Shown in pieces: positions 52,429 through 64,000 of a stretch of DNA of 64,000 nt (the first letter of the stretch is position 1; every line of letters starts with the position of its first letter). Both the position numbers and the translations under genes were made by a program. Where the stretch lies: positions 373,860,001-373,924,000 of the forward strand of contig OZ024743.1 in the NCBI GenBank assembly GCA_964016885.1, read 5' to 3'. Source of the DNA: Eledone cirrhosa. Lineage: Eukaryota. The notes beneath the pieces are model-generated. The model did not search any database, had not been told where the DNA came from, and saw only the letters and a program-made list of their open reading frames with translations.

Positions 52429-53494
52429 GTATATGTGTGCTCTCACTGACATGTACTCACACATATACTCTCACACAGACTATTTCTCCTTTACTTCATT
52501 TCACCCTATTCCTCTTTTTCTATCTATCTGTTCGTTTGCTTTCCCATCTATTCTGTTCTTTCCATCACTGCCTTTCATCCTCTCACTCATCCCTGCCACC
52601 TTACATTCTTCTCTCTTTCCATACCTTATTATTATCCCCATGTAGAGTTACTTTTTATCTCTCTATATCTTTCCCCGCTTTTACTTATATCTTCATCTCT
52701 TTGCCTATCTTATTCTCTCGCTTTTTCCTTTTTGCTCCTCCACTCGCTAACCACCCTTCTTTCTCCCCCCATATGTCTATCTCCCCTCTCTCACTTTATC
52801 TCTCATTTCTCCGTCTGTCACACATTGTATATATGTCTATCCCTCCTCGCTCTCATCTATATATCTTTTTACTTTTTACTCTTCCACTCATTAACCATCC
52901 TTCTTTCTCTCTCTCCCTCTCGCCTTCATTTTCGCTTTACCTCTCCTTTCTCTCTCTCTCACACACATTGTATATGTCTATCTACCCCCTCTCTCTCTCT
53001 CTATATATATACCTTTTTATTTGTTCTACCACCACTACTATCGTCACCACCACAACTATCATCATCACCACTACAAATAGCACCAATACCACCACCATCA
53101 GTAATACCATCACAAACACCCCCACCTCTCACACACAGTATATATGTCTATTTACCCCCCTCTCTTACTCTATCTACCTTTTTACTTGTTCTCTTCCTTC
53201 TTTAGTCTTAAACCATTTATCCAGTCTCTGCTTCCTCTCTTTCTAACCGACTATTTTCCTGTCTTTCTTTCCATTTATATTTTCGTTCTCACTCTCTTCT
53301 CTCTATGCATATATTCTCTCTTTCCCTCTCCCCCACTCTCTTTGTTTCTTCTTGCACACACACACACTCACACACACACACACTCACACACACACACACA
53401 CACACACAAACAGATGTTTCACCTATTTTTCTTCATACCCTTTCACCCATTATATGTATATAATATATATATAATCTGTCTACCTGTCTCACAC

Positions 53495-56400
53495 CGTCTC
53501 TCCATCTCTGAGTCTCTCTCTCTCTCTCTCTCTTCTGAGTCTCTCTCCCCAACTCTTCTGAGTCTCTCTCTCCATCTCTGAGTCTGTCCCCCAATCTCTG
53601 GGCATGCCTGCCCCCCCAGCTCTGGGCCTGTCCTTCCATCTCTGGGTCTGTCCCCCCATCTCTGAGTCTGTTCCCCCATCTCTGAGCCTGTCTCTCCATC
53701 TCTTTCCTATCCCCCCATCTCTGCGCCTGTCTCTCCATTTCTGAGCCTGTCCCCCAATCTCTGAGTCTGTCCCTCCATCTCTGAGCCTGTCCCACCATCT
53801 CTGAGTCTGTCCCGCCATCTCTGGGCCTGTCTCTCCATTTCTGAGCCTGTCCCTCCATCTCTGAGTCTGTCCCTCCATCACTGAGTCTGTCCCCCCATCT
53901 CTGAATCTGTCACCCCATTTCTGAGACTGTCGCCCCATCTCTGAGACTGTCCCTCCATCACTGAGTCTGTCCCCCCATCTCTGAGTCTGACCCCCATCTC
54001 TGGGTCTCTCTCTCCATCTCTGAGTCTCTCTCTCCATCTCTGGGTCTCTCTCTCAATCTCTGAGCCTGTCTCTCCATCTCTTAGTCTGTCACCCCATCTC
54101 TGAGCATGTCCCCCCCTCTCTGAGCCTGTCTCGCCATCTCTGAGTCCCTCTCCCCATCTCTGGGTCTCTCCCTCCATCTCTGAGTCTCTCCACCCATCTT
54201 CAAGTCTCTCCCTCCATCTCTTCTGAGTCTGTCTCCCCATCTCTGAGTCTCTCCCTTCATCTCTGAGTCTGTTCCCCTATCTCTGGGTCTGTCCCCCATC
54301 TCTGAGTCTCTCTCTCCATCTATGAGTCTGTCTCCCCATCTCTGAGTCTCTCTCTCCATCTCTGAGTCTCTCCCTCCATCTCTGAGTCTCTCCCTCCATC
54401 TTTGAGTCTCTCCCGCCATCTCTTCTGGGTCTGTCTCCCCATCTCTGAGTCTCTCCCTCCACCTCTGGGTGTGTTCCCCCATCTCTGAGTCTCTCCCTCC
54501 ATCTCTGGGTCTGTCGTCCCCCCATCTCTGAGTCTGTCCCCCCATCTCTGGGTCTCTCTCTCCATCTCTGAGTCCCTCTCCCCATCTCTGGGTCTCTCCC
54601 TCCATCTCTGAGTCTCTCCACCCATCTTCAAGTCTCTCCCTCCATCTCTTCTGAGTCTGTCTCCCCATCTCTGAGTCTCTCCCTTCATCTCTGAGTCTGT
54701 TCCCCTATCTCTGGGTCTGTCCCCCATCTCTGAGTCTCTCTCTCCATCTATGAGTCTGTCTCCCCATCTCTGAGTCTCTCTCTCCATCTCTGAGTCTCTC
54801 CCTCCATCTCTGAGTCTCTCCCTCCATCTTTGAGTCTCTCCCGCCATCTCTTCTGGGTCTGTCTCCCCATCTCTGAGTCTCTCCCTCCACCTCTGGGTGT
54901 GTTCCCCCATCTCTGAGTCTCTCCCTCCATCTCTGGGTCTGTCGTCCCCCCATCTCTGAGTCTGTCCCCCCATCTCTGGGTCTCTCTCTCCATCTCTGAG
55001 TCTCTCTCTCCATCTCTGGGTCTCTCTCTCAATCTCTGAGCCTGTCTCTCCATCTCTTTCCTATCCCCCCATCTCTGAGCCTGTCTCTCCCTCCATCTCT
55101 GAGTCTCTCCCTCCATCTTTGAGTCTCTCCCGCCATCTCTTCTGGGTCTGTCTCCCCATCTCTGAGTCTCTCCCTCCACCTCTGGGTGTGTTCCCCCATC
55201 TCTGAGTCTCTCCCTCCATCTCTGGGTCTGTCGTCCCCCCATCTCTGAGTCTCTCCCTCCATCTCTGAGTCTCTCTCTCTCCATCTCTGAGTCTCTCTCT
55301 CCATCTCTGAGTCTCTCTCTCCATCTCTGAGTCACGCCCCCATCTCTGAGTCTGTCTCCCCATCTCTGGGTCTGTCCCTCCATCTCTGAGTCTCTCTCTC
55401 CATCTCTGAGTCTCTCTCTCCATCTCTGAGTCTGTCTCCCCATCTCTGAGTCTCTCTCTCCATCTCTGGGTCTGTCCCTCCATCTCTGAGTCTGTCTCCC
55501 CATCTCTGGGTCTGTCCCTCCATCTCTGAGTCTCTCCCCCATCTCTGGGTCTGTCCCCCCATCTCTCAGTCTGTCTCCCCATCTCTGAGTCTCTCTCTCC
55601 CTCTCTGGGTCTGTCCCCCCATCTCTCAGTCTGTCTCCCCATCTCTGAGTCTCTCTCTCCCTCTCTGGGTCTGTCCCCCCATCTCTGGGTCTGTCCCTCC
55701 ATCTCTGGGTCTGTCCCTCCATCTCTGAGTCTCTCTCTCCCTCTCTGAGTCTCTCTCTCCATCTCTGAGTCTCTCCCCCCATCTCTGAGTCTCTCCCCCA
55801 TCTCTGAGTCTCTCCCCCATCTCTGAGTCTGTCTCCCCATCTCTGAGTCTCTCTCTCCATCTCTGAGTCTCTCCCCCATCTCTGAGTCTCTCCCCCATCT
55901 CTGAGTCTGTCTCTCCATCTCTGAGTCTCTCCCCCCATCTCTGAGTCTCTCCCCCATCTCTGAGTCTGTCTCCCCATCTCTGAGTCTGTTTCTCCATCTC
56001 TGAGTCTCCCCCCCATCTCTGAGTCTGTCTCCCCATCTCTGAGTCCCTCTCTCCATCTCTGAGTCTCTCTCTCCATCTCTGAGTCTCTCCCCCATCTCTG
56101 AGTCTGTCTCTCCATCTCTGAGTCCCTCTCTCCATCTCTGAGTCTCTCACCCCATCTCTGAGTCTCTCCCCCATCTCTGAGTCTGTCTCCCCATCTCTGA
56201 GTCCCTCTCTCCATCTCTGAGTCTCTCCCCCATCTCTGAGTCTGTCTCCCCATCTCTGAGTCTGTTTCTCCATCTCTGAGTCCCCCCCCCCCCCATCTCT
56301 GAGTCTCTCCCCCATCTCTGAGTCTGTCTCCCCATCTCTGAGTCTGTTTCTCCATCTCTGAGTCCCCCCCCATCTCTGAGTCTGTCTCCCCATCTCTGAG

Positions 56401-57172
56401 TCCCTCTCTCCATCTCTGAGTCTCTCCCCCCATCTCTGAGTCTCTCCCCCATCTCTGAGTCTGTCTCTCCATCTCTGAGTCTCTCTCCCCATCTCTGAGT
56501 CTCTCTCCCCATCTCTGGGTCTCTCTCCCCATCTCTGGGTCTGTCTCCCCCTCTCTGAGTCTCTCTCTCCATCTCTGAGTCTCTCTCCCCATCTCTGAGT
56601 CTCTCCCCCATCTCTGAGTCTCTTCCCCCATCTCTGAGTCTGTCTCCCCATCTCTGAGTCTCTCTCTCCCTCTCTGGGTCTGTCCCCCCATCTCTGGGTC
56701 TGTCCCTCCATCTCTGGGTCTGTCCCTCCATCTCTGAGTCTCTCTCTCCCTCTCTGAGTCTCTCTCTCCATCTCTGAGTCTCTTTCTCCATCTCTGAGTC
56801 TCTCCCCCCATCTCTGAGTCTGTCTCCCCATCTCTGAGTCTCTCTCTCCATCTCTGAGTCTCTCTCTCCATCTCTGAGTCTCCCCCATCTCTGAGTCTCT
56901 CCCCCCATCTCTGAGTCTGTCTCCCCATCTCTGAGTCTCTCTCTCCATCTCTGAGTCTCTCTCTCCATCTCTGAGTCTCCCCCATCTCTGAGTCTCTCCC
57001 CCCATCTCTGAGTCTGTCTCCCCATCTCTGAGTCTCTCTCTCCATCTCCGAGTCTCTCTCTCCGTCTCTGAGTCTCTCTCTCCCTCTCTGAGTCTCTCTC
57101 TCCATCTCTGAGTCTCTCCCCCCATCTCTGAGTCTCTCCCTCCATCTCTTCTGAGTCTGTCTCTCCATCTTT
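53495..57172. repeat. degenerate ~19-21-bp CT-rich minisatellite (CCATCTCTGAGTCTCTCTC)
   Basis: Read directly. Internal ~430-bp block duplications lie around 54130-55000. Confidence 0.95.
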
Positions 57173-57404
57173 GATTGTCTGTTTGTTTGTCTGCCCCGGT
57201 CCCTCCACCAGTGTGTGTCAGTCTCTCCATTTCTCCTAGTCTGTCTCTCTGTCTGTTTATCTCTCCCTGTCTCGGTCTCTCTGTCAGTCTATCAGTCTCT
57301 CCATCACTGTAAGGCTCCACTATGGTATAACACACAATCCTCTTCATCTTAGACTGGGTGCCACAGTCCTTGTCTGACAACACTAACAACATCCCTGAAA
57401 AACC

Positions 57405-59960
57405 ACAACCAACTCCATCACCACCACTACTACCACCACCACTACCACCACTACTACCACCACAACTATCACCACCAACACCCATACACCACAACCATCA
57501 CCACCCCACTACCAACACCACCACCACCTCTACTACCACCACCACCACCAGCACACCAACCATCACCAACAACACCCACCCACCACCACCATCACCACTA
57601 CCACCACCACCACCACCACCACCACCACCACCACCACCACCACCACCACCAACAGCAACAACAGCAACAATAACAATACCAACAACAGCAACAATAACAA
57701 TACCACTAACAACAACAATAGTAACAACAGCAATAATAACAACAGTAATAATTTCAGTAGCAACAACAATAACAACAGTAACAACAGTAGTAACAACATC
57801 TAAAACAACAACAGTAACAGTATCACTAACAACAATAACAACGGTAACAACATCAACAACTGTAACAGCAGTAACACCAACAGTAACAACAACAGTAACA
57901 ACAACAGTAACAACAACAGTAACAACAACAGTAACAACAACAGTAACAACAACAGTAACAACAACAACACCAACAGTCACAACTTTAACAATACACAGTA
58001 TTAACACGAATAACAACAACAACAGTAACAACAACAGTAACAACAACAGTAACAACAACAGTATCAACGACAATAACAACAACAGTAACAACAACAGTAA
58101 CAACGACAATAACAACAACAGTAAGAACAACAGTAATAAAACAACAACAACAGTAACAACAACAGTAACAACAACAGTAACAACGACAATAACAACAACA
58201 GTAAGAGTAACAACGACAATAACAACAACAGTAAGAACAACAGCAATAAAACAACAACAACAGTAACAACAACAGTAACAACAACAGTAACAACGACAAT
58301 AACAACAACAGTAAGAACAACAACAATAAAACAACAACAACAGTAACAACAACAGTAACAACGACAATAACAACAACAATAACAACAACAGTAACAACGA
58401 CAATAACAACAACAGTAAGAACAACAGCAATAAAACAACAACAACAGTAACAACAACAACAGTAACAACAAGAGTAACAACAGTAAGAACAACAACAATA
58501 AAACAACAACAACAGCAATAACAACAGTAACAACAACAGTAACAACAACAGTAAGAACAACAACAATAAAACAACAACAACAGTAACAACAACAACAGTA
58601 ACAACAAGAGTAACAACAGTAAGAACAACAACAATAAAACAACAACAACAGCAATAACAACAGTAACAACAACAGTAACAACAACAGTAAGAACAACAAC
58701 AATAAAACAACAACAACAGTAACAACAACAGTAACAACAACAGTAACAACAACAACAATAAAACAACAACAACAGTAACAACAACAGTAACAACAACAGT
58801 AACAACGACAATAACAACAACAGTAAGAACAACAGCAATAAAACAACAACAACAGTAACAACAACAGTAACAACAACAGTAACAACGACAACAACAACAC
58901 CTGTAAGAACAACAGCAATAAAACAACAACAACAGTAACAACAACAGTAACAACGACAACAACAACACCTGTAAGAACAACAGCAATAAAACAACAACAA
59001 CAGTAACAACAACAGTAACAACGACAACAACAACACCTGTAAGAACAACAACAATAAAACAACAACAGTAACAACAACAGTAACAACGACAACAACAACA
59101 CCTGTAAGAACAACAGCAATAAAACAACAACAACAGTAACAACAACAGTAACAACGACAACAACAACACAATAAAACAACAACAGTAACAACGACAACAA
59201 CAACACCTGTAAGAACAACAGCAATAAAACAACAACAACAGTAACAACAACAGTAACAACAACAGTAACAACGACAATAACAACACCTGTAAGAACAACA
59301 GCAATAAAACAACAACAACAGTAACAACAACAGTAACAACAACAACAGTAACAACAAGAGTAACAACAGTAAGAACAACAACAATAAAACAACAACAACA
59401 GTAACAACAACAGTAACAACAACAGTAACAACAACAGTAACAACAACAAGAGTAACAACAGTAAGAACAACAGCAATAAAACAACAACAACAGTAACAAC
59501 AAGAGTAACAACAGTAAGAACAACAGCAATAAAACAACAACAACAGTAACAACAACAGTAACAACGACAGTAACAACAACAGTAACAACGGCAACAACAA
59601 CACCTGTAAGAACAACAACAATAAAACAACAACAACAACAGTAACAACAACAGTAACAACAACAGTAACAACGACAATAACAACACCTGTAACAACAACA
59701 GCAATAAAAGTACAATAACAACATCAACAGTAACAGCAACAATAACGACACCTGTAATAAAACAATAACAGTAACAACAACAATAACAACAACATTATCA
59801 ACAATAACATCAACAGTGACAACAACAATATGAACAGTAACAACAGTAACAACATCAATGCTAACAGTAACAATATCAACAGCAATAACAACAATAACAA
59901 CAACAGTAATAACATCATCATCATCATCATCATCACCATCATAGTTATCAGCAGCAACAG
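57405..59960. repeat. (CCA)n followed by a complex (AAC)-based tandem array
   Basis: AACAACAGT, AATAAAAC and ACCTGTAAG subunits recur. Confidence 0.93.
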
Positions 59961-60312
59961 CAATATAAGCAAACGAGGTTCATTTACCAACACGTCCATA
60001 CAGCTTCTCTCATTCCGACACACCAAAGGTAGGCTGACACTCTCTCTCTCTTTCTCTCTCTATCACACTCTTTCTCACGCACTCACTCACTCTAACACAC
60101 ACACACTCTCTCTCCACACACACACACTCTCTCTCTCCACACACACACACTCTCTCTCTCCCCACACACACACGCTATCACTTTCTCTCGTTCTTTCTCA
60201 CGCACACCCTCTCTCTGTCACGCACACACACTCTCTCTTTTACACACACGTTCTCCACTTTCTAACACACACACTCTCTAACACACACTCTCTCTCACAC
60301 TTTCCCCGCTTG

Positions 60313-60388
<76 letters not shown>

Positions 60389-60740
60389 CTCTCTCTCGCA
60401 CTATTGCTTTCCCTCGTTCTTTCTCACGCACACCCTGTCTCTGTCATATACACACCCTATTTTCCACGCACCTCCTCTTCTCTTTCTTTCTCACACACAC
60501 CCTCTCTCACTTTCACACATACCCGTCTCCGTCTTTCATAATTTCTTTCTCCCCTCTCTCTCTCACACACACTCCCACACACACTCTCTCTCTCGCTCTC
60601 TTAAAAATCCTCTCTCTTTCTGTCATACTCTATCATTCACACTTTTTCTCAATGTTTCTAATCTGAGACTCCTCCTCTTCCCCTCCTCTTCACCTCCTCC
60701 TCCTTCACATTCAATTGTGTGTGTCTATACATCTGTCTCT

Positions 60741-60805
<65 letters not shown>

Positions 60806-61894
60806 CCTCATTCCATCTACTTTATTTTCTCTCACCCAATCTCCTTTCCTTGATCCTTTACTTTCTCTCCCTTCTCACTACCAGTTCTCTCTCTCCCTGC
60901 TAGTTTCACTCTCTCCATTTACAAGTTTCTTTTTCTTCCTTTCTCTCTTTAACCATTTACCCCTCTCTTTTTACCAATTTCCCCCCTCTCTCTATATATC
61001 ACTCTCACTCTCTCCTTTTTTCTCTTCACCCTTTCACCCTCTCTAAACTACATTCTAATTTACACTTCGTCTTTCCTCCTCCTCTTTTCCTCCACCTCTC
61101 TCTCTATCTATCACCCTTCTCTGTTAACTCTCTCTCCTTTTCTCTCCCTTCTCTCTCATTCTCTCTCCTCTCTCTCAACTCCTCTCCCCTCTCCTCTCTC
61201 TCATTCTCTCTCTATATATTTCTATATTTTTCTCTCTCTCTGTCTACTTTGTCTTTTATTTATACATACATTTCTTCCTCTCACTTCCCCTCTCTATATT
61301 TCTCTACATTTCTCTCCCCCATCTCTCTCCTTCCCTGGGTCTCTTCCTCTTTCTCTCCACATTATTATATATTTCTCACTCTTTCGGCCATTATTTCCTC
61401 CCACTCTCACCCAATAACTCCGCCTATCTCTTACACTCTAAAAAATAGCAGAAAAAAAACGCAAGATACATATTGGACAATGTAATGTTAAAATATACTG
61501 GATAGTCACTGTTGGAACGGCTAGACAACAATAACAACAATTCTCTCTATCTATCTAGTTCTTCTCTGTTCGCATCTTCTCTCCCAGCAATCTCTCTCCG
61601 TATCTCTCTCTCTGTCCGTATCTCTCTCTCTCTCTCCGTATCTCTCTCTCTTTCCGTATCTCTCTCTCGCTCTCTCTCTCTCTCTATCTAGCTCTTTCCC
61701 ACCCACACTTTCTCTCCCAGCAACCTCTCCTCTATTCCTATATATCATTAGCCCCTTTCCCCCCTACTCTCCCTATCTCTCCTCATACTGTCCCCTTCAT
61801 CTATATTATACGTACATTTATCACAACCCCTTGAATCTTTCTCTCTCTCTCCTCTCTCTCCTCGTTCCCCTCTCACCCCCTATCTCCTCATCTC

Positions 61895-61956
<62 letters not shown>

Positions 61957-62064
61957 TATCTGTCTCTCTCATATACAGAGAGAATCGAGTTACACTCCAC
62001 TCAGATTTAAACCTACACTTAGAGACATCCACTCTTACAACAACAGCAAAGCCAACAGCAACCA

Positions 62065-63990
62065 AACAACCACCACCACTACCACCACCACCACCACCAC
62101 CACCACCACCACCACCACAACTACCACCACCACCACCACCACCACCACCACCACCACTACCACCACCACCACCACCACCACCACCACCACCACCACCATC
62201 ATAACCACCACCATCACCACCACCACTACCACCACTACCACCACCACCACCACCACCACCACCACCACCACCACCACCACCATCACCACCATCACCACCG
62301 CCACCACCACCACCGCCACCACCACCATCACCACCATCACCACCACCACAATCACCACCATCATCAACACCACCACCACCATCACCACCATCACCACCAC
62401 CACCACCATCAACACCGCCACCACCACCACCACCACCGCCACCACCACCACCACCACCATCACCACCACCATCACAACCACCACCACCACCACCACCACC
62501 ACCGCCACCACCACCACCAACACCACCACCACAATCACCACCACCACCACCGCCACCACCACCACCACCACCACCACCACCACCACCGCCACCACCACCA
62601 CCACCACCACCGCCACCACCACCACCACCACCACCACCACCACAATCACCACCACCAACACCACCACAATCACCACCACCACCACCGCCACCACCACAAC
62701 CACCATCACCACCACCACCACCACCACCACCACCATCACCACCACCACCACCACCGCCACCACCACCACCACCACCACCGCCACCACCACCACCACCACC
62801 ACCGCCACCGCCACCACCACCACCACCACCACCACCACCACCACCACCATCACCACCACCACCGCCACCGCCACCACCACCACCACCACCGCCACCGCCA
62901 CCACCACCACCACCACCACCGCCACCGCCACCACCACCACCGCCACCACAATCACCACCACCACCACCACCACCACCACCACCACCACCACCACCACCAC
63001 CACCACCGCCACCGCCACCACAATCACCACCACCACCACCACCACCACCACCACCACCACCGCCACCGCCACCACAATCACCACCACCACCACCACCACC
63101 ACCACCACCACCACCACCACCACCACCATCACCACCACCACCGCCACCGCCACCACCACCACCACCACCACCACCACCACCACCACCACCACCACCGCCA
63201 CCACCACCGCCACCGCCACCACCACCACCACCACCACCACCACCACCACCACCACCGCCACCGCCACCACCACCACCACCACCGCCACCGCCACCACCAC
63301 CACCACCACCACCGCCACCGCCACCACCACCACCGCCACCACAATCACCACCACCACCACCACCACCACCACCACCACCACCGCCACCGCCACCACAATC
63401 ACCACCACCACCACCACCACCACCACCACCACCACCGCCACCGCCACCACAATCACCACCACCACCACCACCACCACCACCACCACCACCACCACCACCA
63501 CCACCACCGCCACCGCCACCACAATCACCACCACCACCACCACCACCACCACCACCGCCACCGCCACCACAATCACCACCACCACCACCACCACCACCAC
63601 CACCACCACCACAATCACCACCACCACCACCACCACCACCACCACCACCACCACCACCACCACCACCACCGCCACCGCCACCACAATCACCACCACCACC
63701 ACCACCACCACCACCGCCGCCATCACCACCACCACCATCACCACCACCACCGCCACCGCCACCACAATCACCACCACCACCACCACCACCACCACCACCA
63801 CCACCACCACCACCACCACCACCACCACCGCCACCGCCACCACAATCACCACCACCACCACCACCACCACCACCGCCGCCATCACCACCACCACCATCAC
63901 CACCATGATCATGTTAATAATCATCATCATCCTAATCACCACCGTCATCATCATCCCCTTCTTCCTCCTCCTTCTCCTCATTATCATCAT
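62065..63990. repeat. (ACC)n trinucleotide array with GCC/ATC interruptions
   Basis: Read directly from the sequence. Confidence 0.95.
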
Positions 63991-64000
63991 CACCAACTAC

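Noticed and set aside
53433-57494. Long minus-strand ORFs up to 806 aa (ETQRWRERLRDG)
   Set aside because: Translation of a stop-poor CT minisatellite, open in several frames at once.
57358-63996. Poly-Thr/Asn/Val/Cys ORFs resembling mucins or Cys-rich proteins
   Set aside because: Trinucleotide-based arrays with no domain or clear exon structure. The possible donor AAG|GTAGGC at 60029 is not enough support.

Overview
This is repeat-saturated eukaryotic DNA with no confidently identifiable host gene. The SINE types and the density of (TA)n, (TATG)n and (CA)n tracts suggest a coleoid cephalopod such as Octopus (inference). The window holds a 9-kb 42/43-bp minisatellite, a near full-length Tx1/L1-clade LINE, a full-length RTE LINE with three C-terminal C2H2 fingers, R4/Dong-type RLE LINE fragments, RTE-derived bipartite non-autonomous elements, tRNA-derived SINEs, hAT-like MITEs and long low-complexity arrays. 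The main hidden signal is RNA structure. Hand-folding finds about 20 type I hammerhead ribozyme (HHR) motifs from about 10 sequence families that appear unrelated, all in (TA)n-flanked non-coding modules with Penelope-like tandem/inverted architecture. These include a ~562-bp retrozyme-like tandem array with 7 HHRs (30.5-34.3 kb) and a ~1003-bp HHR repeat. Many share a non-canonical U·U or C·A pair at the base of stem II, palindromic stem III and, in several cases, GUU/CUU cleavage triplets. One module carries a Penelope-type ORF C-terminus. A second signal is a covarying long-range duplex between the 5' UTR and 3' end of the RTE LINE and its non-autonomous derivatives. Each element class also associates with a different microsatellite. 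All folds were done by eye and none has been tested for activity.
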